DNA of 51,772 nucleotides from Perkinsus olseni (Eukaryota): NCBI GenBank assembly GCA_013115125.1, contig JABANN010000219.1, positions 1 to 51,772 of the forward strand, read 5' to 3'. Shown piece by piece: positions 35,355 to 46,915 of this stretch (position 1 is its first letter; each line of letters starts with the position of its first letter). The notes under the pieces were generated by a model. It saw only the letters and a program-made list of their open reading frames with translations, ran no database searches and was not told where the DNA came from. The position numbers and the translations under genes were made by a program.

Positions 35355-38300
35355 GGCGTGACAGCCGGCTGCACCCTTTGCGCTGAGAGACGTGGCGATT
35401 ATACCATGTACAGCACGATGTATAAGGAAAGCTTCAATCCAATGACAGGTTTCTCACCCGTGTCTCCGAGGCAAGGGTGAAAAACCTGGTATCACGGCAA
35501 TGTCTGAAACAAGACCTGACAGCGAAGTGTGGACTCTATCCCGGAGCAAGGATTGCAGCTGTATATCAGATGGTCCCCTAAAATGGCCGCATCTTCACGG
35601 TAGAAGTGTCTGTACATTCGAGTCTTGCCACAGATGATCTATGACAGATCCCGACCCTCCTACAAAAGGCTATTCGACCGCGATTAAATCACAGCGATTC
35701 GTGGCGCCAAAATTCCACCTTTTCATGCTCAAGAAATAAGTTGCAGGTAGATGATCGAACACGAGTAGATTCAGCCTGAATCATTCAGGGGAATAGACTA
35801 TCCCTCGACTCAATTCGGTGATTCACTATTGTGTAGAATCGGCGTGATGACAGCCGGCGGCGCCCTTTGTGCTGAGAGACATGGCGATTATACGGTATAA
35901 TTTATACCATGTACAGTAGGATGTATAAGAAAAGCTTCCATTGGCCCAGGCCTCATACAAGCTTTCCCGAGCGAAAGCCTTCTACGACAAGGTTTGCAAC
36001 GGGGCTTTCCCGCCTCCCTATCAGATCTAAAAACTTACCTATGACGCGCACGGGGCAGGTAGCTTCCAGTATTGACAGCAATGCCTCTCTCGTTCCCTTG
36101 GAACTCCTCGGCACTCAGTAGTAAAAGCCTGGGAGAGGCAACTGGCCAATACGCAAGTGTGGACGGTGAAGCAGCAAGAATCTTGGTCCAAGACGGGAGA
36201 CTTTGTGAGCTTCTGACAATGAATCACCCGGCAATTACTGACTGCTCCAACGCGGAAGCAAGAATATCCACACAACGTCTGCGACACACACCACAGGCAA
36301 AAAGGCATCTCCCTCGTTCGTACACACAAAAAGGAAGATTCCTAGATGTCTCTTCAGCAAGACACAATGCACACACAAATATGAAAATGAATGGCATTCT
36401 TCTCCCCGAGAGTTCTCCACCGTCACGCACACACAAAATGGACTATCTCAGCAGGTTTATTTCGTTTTGACATGCGGGGATAACAATCGACAACGTCTCT
36501 TTCACGCATTAGGTAGTATAGAAAATAATAGTATAGGGGATAGAAAGAATAACTCATCCCAACATAATAGTGTAGTAGCGAATTAATAAATAATGGCTGC
36601 TGCCCACAGTGATTAGTCTCACTAAGAACCATCGCCCACCTACTCACAATGGTCATACTTCGTTCTTAGCAGCTTCAGAGAGGCTTTAAAAAACCTCCTT
36701 GCAGAGCTTTTCAAGTGAACCGTATGCCTTCTCTAGAGCCTCCGTAGCAGCCCGGCAGGCCCTCACCGATTTCACAACCGTTTCTGACCCACTCGTGTAG
36801 GTCCTCAAGTCATACTCTGGACTATAGGTGGCATCCCCGAATGTCTTGAGTACTCTGAGCGTACTAAAGCTCCGTGGCCTCAACCTCGTGGCGGCTGCAT
36901 TCAGTTCATCCAAGGGCCGAGATATCGCCGCTCTATCAAGCCTTCTGAGAGGAATCTTGTGCGGACTACAACAGAGGAAGAAAGATTAGGATGAATGAAA
37001 TACTAGGTACGCTAAAAACCTACTATCTGTCTCTTCTCAGGCGTTCCCCCCCCACGACAGACAATGTTGCGTATATGTGGCGTCGTGCCCGCTGCAATTA
37101 CCAACTCCAAAGATTCATGACCCTGCTGTCCGGCTCTGCCATCACTGAGGTAGCACGTGGAACCATAGTCCCCAGGCTGGAAATATGCTGTGTGGAGCGG
37201 AGGGAATCCCTGGGAGAAGACCAGCTATGGGTCGTTCATATAACAGTGGCAAAGCGACTCGCTCCTATACTGAGTATTCAGCGTATAACGACGTCTGCGG
37301 ACATGTGTGCGTTGACCGGTTGAGCCTCTGACAAAAGGCAGCGGCCGACGGATATGTACTTACCCCAGCGGAGGCGAAAGGGACCAAGGCGGCTGCCGCA
37401 GCGGCGACGATGACCTGTCTAGTCGACATTTGAGTGATTCAAAGCTGCATCAAGGCTGTGCCTTCACTGATCAACTATCAATGTGACGACGGGCGGTGGA
37501 GGAATCAGACAACGCTCGACAGTCGGGATTGTCGCTCGTCTCAGGCGAGTGAGGCCCGTGCAGAAGGCGAGCGATTACGCCGCCCCGAGGTGGCAATTTT
37601 CGGCTCTCCGAGTCGGAGTGATCTTGATCCGTGGGTGGATCTCGGTGGGTTGAAGGAAGTTGAATCTAGGTCCTGTGATGGGGCGAGTGCAGGGTCGAAC
37701 GCGTCGTGATTCACCCTGAATCCCAACCGAAGCGAATCAATCAACTGAAGCACCGCAACGCAACAACAGCGCGTCAGCTGCTGTTGAGGCCATTCAGTTG
37801 TAATCGAGTCCATCCAGTCGCTACTGCTAGCAGGTGCCGAGCTGCTGAATCGGTCTTCCTACGTTACTGCTGTTTCCAAGTCGGACCGACTTAGTCAGTA
37901 GACGTAGTAAATCATTTATGTAATTTGTGCTGCATTTACTGTAAGTGAGTGTGAGCAGCACGGGCCGGGCTCTGAGCAGCTCAGACTGAGCTGCACGATC
38001 CCGGACCCAGTCCGGGTTGAATCAGCAGTCTCTAGTACCCTACATTCAGGGAGCGGTGGGCTGGGTCCAACTCGGATGTGCCGTAGTCACGAGGATTGCC
38101 GTCTCACTGCTGTATCAAAGGCTGGCATCGTGGTAGCTCTAGCCTTGATTCAAGGCCCTTGAACTTCACTCAAGTACCACGACTATACTTATGTTTGACC
38201 TAACTCACACTACTCTCTGCTAGGTATTGAGATTCGTTAGTGTTCTACCCGGGGGTAGAACACTTGCGCATCTTTCACGCCATCAATCGCAGGATTGTAA

Positions 38301-38626
38301 GGCTGCCCACCTCTACTGCCATCTCATAGCCGTACTTTAATTATGCCCATCATATTCATAGACTAATGGACGGCTCAAACAGCCTCACCTCCGTCATCGC
38401 CATGGAGAGCAGCAACAGCCGAGCGAGCAACCTGGGTGATTCCCTTACTGCCCACCAAGCTCCTCCGCGCTGCTGCCCTTTCGCCGTCCTCTACCAACCC
38501 GTCCATAGAGCTGAAGAGTTGAAGACCACTATTGTGTAAAATCGGCGTGACAGCCGGCGGCACCCTTTGTTCTGAGAGACGTGGCGATTATGCCATGTAC
38601 AGCACGATCTACAAGGGAAGCTTCAA
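35355..38626 (+). repeat. Dispersed ~85-110 bp repeat, three copies (35355-35438, 35824-35938, 38527-38626)
   Basis: All three share the core GGCGTGACAGCCGGCxGCACCCTTTGxxCTGAGAGACGTGGCGATTATxCCATGTACAGCACGATxTAxAAGGxAAGCTTC. Confidence 0.85.
36686..37813 (-). CDS. Possible multi-exon hypothetical protein
   Basis: Coding-like segments are separated by plausible short GT-AG introns and end in EALEKAYGSLEKLCKEVF*. No family was recognised. Confidence 0.3.
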
Positions 38627-38954
38627 CCAACCCGGTAAGGTAGAGGTCTCGTGCTCCATGAAGCTTGGCATCCTTTACGTACGCAGTATCTGGACGAGAA
38701 CCGCGCGATCCTTACAACGTAGTGGCGGCGCCGCGAACAGGTCATTGATATCGTTCGGGGCCCCGAGTCGGGGTGGAACAAATCGAGCATGCATGGGTCC
38801 AAAGTCGGAGTCGCAGGCAAAGTGCGAGAGAAAAAACTGAGAGCCGAGCAAACCCACAATAACGGCATATCGGCTATCCTCTCGCCATGCAGCTCGCTCC
38901 CTACCGCAACTGAGCTCAATGTGCCCACGCAACGACTAGAAACATCGACAACAC

Positions 38955-41154
38955 TCAACATTCCGTTTTACGGTACTCACAGCGTACATCATCTGCAATC
39001 CGCTGCACAGAATGCAGCCGCCAAGGGTGAGCTTCTGATATGGTTGAAGGGGAGGGTGAGAGGTAGAAGGGAGAGCCGCCTCGACCTAGTAGTACAGGGC
39101 CATAATAAACCTAACGAAACCGAAGAAGCGCCTTCGCTACGGCAACCTCGTAAAGCTCACAACCTTGTACGCGTATTAAGTTCTTTACATGGTGTCACAC
39201 TACGAAGCGAGCTGAAAACGCGTACGAGCTCACAGACTGTAAGCTATACTTTCGTATCACCGCACCAAGATTCGCTCCCGCCCGGAGCAGACGTCAAACA
39301 CCCTAAGCCGAACAACTCACCACTAGTTCATCCACCAGTTGGTTTTCGATAAATTTAGTGAGTGTCTTCGCTCCGCCTTCCACCAACACTTGGAAAATAC
39401 CGCGGCCAGCAAGATCCTTCAAAACCGCCGTCAAATCCAACCCGCCATTCTCATCCACTCCAACCTCCAAGACATCGACACCCTCTAGGCCCGTTTTCTC
39501 AGCTCCCGGCCCCACCACTATCAACGTGGGCGCCTCCTCCGTTCTCAAAATCTTCGCCGTGCGCAAGATACGTCCCCTCGGATCCAAGACTACCCGTAAT
39601 GGCTGCTTTTCCACCCCTTCAACCCCTCTCACCGTCAACGAGCAATCGTCCGCTAAAACGGTGCCCACGCCGACCAATATGGCCTGCGACAGCGCCCGCA
39701 AAGTACGGTGACTATTCTCTCTCGCCCCACTACCGGTTATCCACTGACTACTACCATCCTCACAGCACACCATGCCATTGAGTGACGCCGCAACTTTGCC
39801 CACCACTAAGGGAAGCCCAGCGGTTCTATGCTTCAGGTACGCCCTTAGTGACTCTCTTATTTTCTCGGCTAAACATCCAGTCTTGACGTCAACCTGATAC
39901 GATTGGCTTATTAAATTCAACATCCGAGAGAACCCAAGGTAAGATTTACGGATCGCCCATCTTTCCAGCCTATTCCACACGAGCAGCAATTTGGTAGCAG
40001 CTACGTATATTTCACCAGATCATAACGAAGCTCGCTCGCGCGTTGCGGATGAAAATGGCCCAAGCAGTCACCTCATGGGCCACTAAGCAATGCTCAATAT
40101 GCACAGAGGCTTGAACCAAGGCCCCGCCCTTATTACTCCTTCTTGCCTCAACCGTCGTAGCCCTCGACCGGACACCTTCGGATCCGGGTCTTCCAGTCCA
40201 ACCACCACTCGTCCAACCCCAACTTTAATCAATTTCTCGCAGCATGGTGGAGTACTCCCATAATGAGAACAGGGCTCCAAGGTAACGTACGCCGTCAACG
40301 CCGACCCTTCTATACTCTCACCTACAATCGGGAAGATTAATTTCAGACTTCCTCTGACCCGCTGGGAATACGAACTTTAATCGCTGGTTCGATGATACAA
40401 GTAAACCGTGGAGCGGAAGTAAATGTAGTACACTGCACACAGTAGAATTTACATAGCCTACAGTGCACAACACACTTCGACTATAAACTTCAACTAACGA
40501 TGAAATATGAACTTTCCATCACGTAGTGTACGCAGCTAAGACTGCCTTATGTACCGAGAGCAACAGCTTGCACTCCACATGCAAGTTCTACCGAATGACA
40601 AATGTACCGTGCCATGCTCCTCCCACTAGCGAAGAGAAGCCCAACCCAGGCCGTACTATCTTGCCTACCTCTCTCCTCCATGTCCCTCAATGCATTGATC
40701 TCAGCATGCGGTCCTCCCTTTCTGACATGATGCCCCTTACCAACTACTTTGCCATTTTGCACCAGAACACAGCCCACCCACGGATCTGAGATCATCAGAA
40801 CGTCGGAACAGTATGCTTCATGTACTCGAGAATCATACTTGTGGCCCGCGACTATGAAAATAAAACGATTCTACCGGTAAGCACCACTTACACGAGTCGT
40901 GTAACACGACGGCGCGATACGGCATTATTATCCAGTGAAGCTACAGGAGGAAATTCAAATACGACAGCGGTGCCTAGCTGCCAACAATCCTCTCCGTATT
41001 TCAACCGTTCAGCATTGGTCTGTCGTAGCAGACCGCGAGCCCCGCCGCCCTGTATACTACTTGGAGGAGTAGTTATCCTTCCCATCTCTGCCTCTGCTAA
41101 GGCCATCCTCATGAACGTCTCATCGTCCGTCTCCGCGTCGGTGTGCTCAGACAT
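38955..41154 (-). CDS. ribD: Bifunctional riboflavin biosynthesis deaminase/reductase RibD, 5 exons
   Basis: Exons ~41154-41061, 40785-40669, 40321-40137, 39893-39321 and 39110-38955. Motifs: FMRMALAEAEMGRITTPPNPWVGCVLV, HAEINAL, YVTLEPCSHYGSTPPC (Zn deaminase); KVAASLNG, SQWITG, AILVGVGTVLADD, VLVEGGA, VYYGPVLLG (reductase). Confidence 0.96.
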
Positions 41155-41376
41155 TATAAAACCAATTTCCTTCCTCCCATTCATTAATCGCATTAACAAC
41201 AACTCCATCACTTGAGGAAACATCGTGGGCAGGGTTACTGGATAAAACCAATGAGTAGGTATGATGTCGGCATCCCGCTTTCGACATGTAGTCTCATAGA
41301 TCGTAAAGCGATTCTCCCGGCATGTCATTATCCGCTAGGAGTTAAACCCTCACCATAATTCTGAAATTATTAAGGA

Positions 41377-41450
41377 ATAGTCTCAGGGAGAATCGAACCC
41401 GCGTCACTCGAGTGACAGATAAGAAGCTTAACCGACTTAACTAGCGGCTC
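41377..41450 (-). pseudogene. Degenerate tRNA-Asp-like sequence (pseudogene or SINE head)
   Basis: The reverse strand reads TAGTTAAGTCGGTTAAGC (A-box-like), loop CT-GTC-AC and GCGGGTTCGATTC (B-box), but the stems pair poorly. Confidence 0.5.
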
Positions 41451-41643
41451 AAAAGCAAATGAGTATGAAAAGCGCCGCAACAAAATGAGATTAGTTTCGC
41501 CTAACCTAGTTTCGCGATAGAGTAGTTGGCGTGCCTTCGCCCTACTGCTGCGGACGATGATACTGAACTACATGGCGTCGTGATTGGAGATGATAGCCGG
41601 ATCCTAGGCAGTCTCTTTTGAGCAGTAACTTGTTGTTGTTCCA

Positions 41644-43471
41644 ATGGTCTTCAGCGGCATAGTCGAGGATCAAGGTGAGGTAGTCGGCGTGAGACCTATG
41701 GTAGAGGGCAAGCCTGATGATGGCATCATTGTTGATGTAAGACTGTGATGGGCATTAGAGTAGAAGGAGCGCCCCCCGTGGGGAACGTCTTAGCATCACC
41801 TCAATAACGCCTTTAAATTACCTTGTTCCGTCCATATCGAGCATCGACACGATTGACATATCTCGGACTACGAAGAGGGCCACGGCCCGTGGCCTGGTCG
41901 AGAGCTTTGCCCTACTTCCGTGAACCCCTAGCGTTCTCTGATAAACCGGCTTCATCGTGCGTGAGTGAGTTATAGTACAACGCCGGTTCTTCCGGCTTAG
42001 TTAGACCCGAAGCCGATGTGCTCAGTCTAGGTTTTTTCAGCGTTGAAAAGCAGTACAATTTGACGGATCGTCGGGAAGCGTCCCTCAGGGGTACATTTGA
42101 ATATTTGACCGTTCTCCTGCCTCAATGTTGGTAGCCTTTACGAAGTTCAGTCGCGATCCTCAGATACGCAGCAAAGTGGCCTGCAGCGACGCTTACATTG
42201 GCTGTTCTATAGCAGTTGAAGGGGTGTGCCTCACCGCCACCGAGATCAATGCAGATGTCTTCACTGTCGGCATCAGTCCTGAGACTCTCATCAAGACCAA
42301 CTTAAAGGACTTGACCAAGGGCTCGAAGGTTCGATACGCTTCTGCCGTTTGTGGGGTCCTTCAATAAACCAATTCAAAAACTCAGAATCGACTCCGGAGC
42401 CGCATTTCACGTGTAAAGATTGACTCCAGAATCGATTCTGAGTTTCAGAATTACTTTATTGAACGGGGGGACAGGACAGCGTGCTTTCAGGTGAACGTCG
42501 AGAGGGCTCTGGCGGCCGACGCCCGCAACTCAGGGCATGTGGTTCAAGGCCACATTGATGGGACGGGGGTGATTGAGAAGATGTGGAGAGACGGAGAGAG
42601 CATTCGAGTGAGTTATTGTCGGTCACCCGTTAAATAGTAACTGTGCCAACTGCAGGTGAGAATACGAGCGTTCCCGGAGGTGCTGCCAGCCTACATAGTG
42701 CCGAAGGGTTTCATCGCTATTGATGGTGAGGGGGGAGGGCTACTAGGATTGTAGGGCACCCTGAGGAGGGTTTGTGGTTCGAAGATACAGTCATCCCGAG
42801 TTGAAGCAGCAACTTCGCGAGGCCTATGAGGGTCTTTCATGCGTCGGGAACAATAAGGCACACGCGAATGAACGAAATGCCGCTTCGCTGACGTTATACC
42901 GAACTCGAAAGTTTCAAGAAATTCTCGGTTCACAGCTTAGCAACTAGAACGTTCGATTTTGGGCCACTTCCGCAGCAATGCTATGAAATCTATCTTCTCG
43001 GGTGCTTCTACTGATCTTTGGGGGTGGGCATGGTGACCCAAGAACCCACAGGGGTTGGGAAAAGAATATCGATAGTAGTAATTAGTGTCGACTGACTTGC
43101 AGCCGTTACAGCGTGACGGATGATCTCAGCGCATCGGAGATGACGTTTGGCTGGATCAATCGACAGTATCCGAGTCTGGCAGCTTCGGTACTTCCGCAGG
43201 TGTCTCTCTGACCGTCTGCGAAGTGAACCCGAAGACCTGCACTTTCACCATAATGCTAGTACCTCACACGCAGTCAGTGATCACACTCCCCCACAAGACT
43301 GTCGGAGATCGAGTGAATCTTGAGGTTGATTGCTTGGCCAAGTACGTAGCTGCGGCCCGGACAGGAAGCCCCACTTGTGGTATGCCTCTCCTTGTGGGGA
43401 CCGCCTTCGTGTCTGCTTTGGTCGGTGGAATGGTTGGAGGCGCTCTGGTTCACGCCCTTGCTAGGAAGTAA
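41644..43471 (+). CDS. ribE: Riboflavin synthase (alpha-chain type), 5 exons, with C-terminal hydrophobic extension
   Basis: Exons ~41644-41736, 42164-42328, 42491-42607, 42656-42725 and 43200-43471. Motifs: MVFSGIVE, GCSIAVEGVCLT, ETLIKTNL, VNVERAL, SGHVVQGHIDG, KGFIAIDGVSLTV, LVPHT, GDRVNLEVDCLAKYV. Confidence 0.96.
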
Positions 43472-44925
43472 AGCTCTCTTTTCTCTTGTAGACAGTCGCT
43501 AAGAAAGAGGTTCAAATAAGCTTGGCTGTTGTTTTCGTTGTTAAGTTGGCGTATGGTTGTAGTGCACTCAAAAGGGAGCGCTATTACCCCTCTCTCCGTT
43601 GAGAGCGAATGCGAGTTGCTGTCCACGATTGTTAAGAGCTTACTCGTCGCTTCGCGGGAGAGTCCGACTTATTATGTGTGATATCATCAGGTCGGCTCTA
43701 TTACCATCGCCAAGTGTATAAAACTAGGCGAATGCCCCTTGTTCGGCCCTAGCAAAGGGAAGATGACAGACTTAACCGAATTCTATCGGGGGTTGCTCTC
43801 CCTATCGCCATTAAATCCCTCACAGGTGAGATCAAGTGTGATGCGGAGCTCCGCGAATTACCCGGCACGGGGCTTAACCTTCCGGTATGCTAAAATAGAG
43901 ACAAAAGGCCGACTCTGTGACCGTCCTTTATAGCGCTCTCGGAAGGGGGCCTCACAGCGGGCAACGGCTTTCTCTTTCAGTTGACGATAGAAGTGTGTGG
44001 AGAGTCGCAGCACCCGCTGCCGTTAGATGTTACGCAACTTCAACTCAAACCGTGTTGGCGAGCTTGTATATAATTTGGCGCTGATTAGGACGAGTGCGGG
44101 CCTGTACGACCGATCCTGTTTCAGGAAAGGCTCCGTTCTTCACCCTCCACTCATTGGATAGTGGGAAGAGGCATTCCGGAACACCCGTGAGGATTGGGGA
44201 GCCCATAGCAAGTACTGGCGAGAGGTGAGTCGGGTGGCGTTCCGGAGTCGCCTTTCCACTGCTTTGCTCTTCGCCACACTTTGTTTGTTGGTAAAGGAAC
44301 ATTCAGGCTCACCGGACACACCCTCGTCGGTATAGCGAATGCCGACATAGTGCACGTACTCAGAATGAACTATGGTTCAATCAACTTGACACTCTCAGCT
44401 GTGGAAGGACGATCATTGTGTCAAACTCCCTCCAATCCCATTCATAAATGGCATTACATTCGGCCCAGACATCAGTAGCCTTGCTTAAGGCTTGCGCACA
44501 GCGCCCGTTGGTACGGAGCTGCTCGGCAGTCCCGATGTAGGCATGCGAAGCTCGGCAGTCATATGCTCCTATCAATGGGTCTGAGAGATACTACAAGGCT
44601 GACTGTGATTCTCAATCATAATACACCGTAGCTGAAGAATAGACCGTGTGCTGGAGAATAGCGTCAAGAGGTCTTCAGAGTTACTAGGCGTAATCCTCAG
44701 CAAGGAGGCTTTTCATGACTCTTCAGTGTTATGCAAAGGCTCTCCAGTGAAGGGCAATACTATTGACCAATACGAAGAAGTCTTGTCGTGCAGAGCCACC
44801 CTCCCCCCTTCCTGAAAACTCTACGACACTGTGTTGGGATGAAGTTCAATAATGAACAGGTACATTCGGCTAGGCTCAATGGACAAGGAACTGGAGAAAC
44901 TGTTTTCTTATCACTTATCGTACAT

Positions 44926-46915
44926 CTAGACACTCTCCTCCTCGCTAGCTGTAGTCACCGAAGTTGACTCCTCACTCTCGTCGTCATTACAAGACTTGGG
45001 AAGGACCTGACAGACACGAAACCCCTTTCCTCAGAGCAAACGCAGAGTGTCATCTTACGGTGAGGTGATGGAACTTCTTCTGCTTGGTTCTCAAGTAGTC
45101 AATATTGTAGTGGTTCGGGGTGGCCGGGACGGGCTTCACTTCCGCGACCAGCTCTCCCAAGGCTGCCACTTTCATAGGATTATTAGTGTACAACATTACA
45201 CTGTTAACACCGAGGTCTTCAAGTACCTATGTAAACGGAATAGAAAGACAGCAACCAAGGGGCTGCTACCAGTCTCGCATCGGTGAAGTCCCGACAATCA
45301 GGGGCGTATCCAAGCTCGATGTTAGACTCCACTGTGTCAAGTCCATGGTCCTGCAGATCATAGGCCTTTATCTTGTTAGCGAGACCAATGTCTGAAGTCA
45401 AAGATAGCACTGTGAGGGTGACCCTAGGTAGCCCTACCTCGACCTTCTTGTCCCCTTATGTAAACCAGAACGCCTCTCTCTTCGTCGTCGAGGGAGACCA
45501 AGAAATGCAGTAGCTGGTCACCACAATCACATCTGGTTAACAAGCATAAGTGAGACACAGCGACATCAAGCGCGAAGTCTCACTTCATGCTGTGAAGAAC
45601 CTCTCCAGTGAAACACTCGGAGTGAACGCGGACGGGAACGCGTGGCTCTGACGGAAAGACCAGGCTGGCCCGAACCCTATAGCGAAGGGTGAGCATTACC
45701 TCCCTCAACGTTGCCCTTGATGAGGGCTACTATCTCCAAGGAGGGGTCGGAGCAGCCGCGGTACAAGCGGAGATTGCAGTATGTGGTCGTTCGAAGTGGG
45801 TGGAGGGGGACTCGGCATGAGGACAGCTGCTCAATAATGGCGATGATAGGAAGAGAGACGTCGACGCTTACCAACTCAAAGTGTGCCTTATCGTCCTCTA
45901 CAGTACTCTTAACCGCAGGAGAATCGATATTATAGATGTCACTGTACTGTATAGCATACTCCTTCAAGGACACAGTGCTTATCTGATAGAAAAAGCGACA
46001 ATCGTTTTCCTGGTCGTTGGGTGATGAGGTCTCCATGCACTGTCACTCGAAGGACAATAATAATCAATCCATCGATCGACAAGATCTACCCATTCGCAGC
46101 GATAACCGTAACCTCGCTTACCAGAGGGATATCATGCTTCTTGGCGAAAGCCTTGCAGTCGTCTAATCTCATCATCTCCCCATAATCATTTATCATCTCG
46201 GCGATGGCCGCAACTGTATCCAAGCCAGCCACTCGACAAAGATCATATCTATTGCACTGGTGACGGGTCATCATCAAGCTAAGATACCCTACGCGCTCTC
46301 AGTGTGACCATCTCGTTCAGTAAGCCCGCCTGGTCTCGCTCCCAAGGGAAACATGTGTCCTGATAGAACACTCCCGCCGTTAGAATAAAACAGTAAGTGA
46401 CTTACCAGGTTTGCTGAAATCGTCAGCAGAGTTGTTTAGATCGAGGAAAGCCTTCAAGGTGTTGACTCTGAGACCGTGAGTGTGCTGCAAAATGGCCGTA
46501 CTCATTTCTACCTGTCGGAGGCACTGACGCCAGTAGTTGTAGTGGGCTTATAATCAGTTGCCACGTGGAAGTTGGTACCGTTAGAATCGGTATTATTGGG
46601 CGTAGCGACATGGAGCCTGATAATGAACGTGATGAGAAGAGAGCACGTGAGGGTACCGCTGCTACAGTAGCATGCTAGTAGCAGTGCTACTACGGTAGTA
46701 GTACTACCCGAAAGCGTCCAACCTCTTCTTATCGGTGACGACGCACACTATGCCCGTGGAATGGCGTATCATGAAGGCCATGTCCTACTTCACAAAAACT
46801 GGAGCGACATTGAGACTAGGAAGACCCCCTCTACTACCGTGTTGGTACAGCCGTGTGCACTGATGACGAAATCGCACTCGTTTTCTCTGTCGAGTTGGTC
46901 CATTACCATCACCAT
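44926..46915 (-). CDS. ribBA: Bifunctional DHBP synthase / GTP cyclohydrolase II RibBA, multi-exon; may have further 5' exon(s)
   Basis: RibB part: [63 protein letters not shown]. RibA part: [24 protein letters not shown] (three Zn-binding Cys), [35 protein letters not shown]. Confidence 0.96.

Noticed and set aside
38789-39352. 187-aa plus-strand ORF, and similarly the 235-aa minus ORF at 49407-50114 and many ORFs antisense to the ABCG and XPD genes
   Set aside because: These are shadow ORFs overlapping real genes on the opposite strand, with no recognisable motifs.
43600-44800. Short ORFs between ribE and ribBA as a candidate for the missing pathway phosphatase
   Set aside because: No HAD (DxDxT) or other phosphatase motif is visible, and the ORFs are short and discontinuous.
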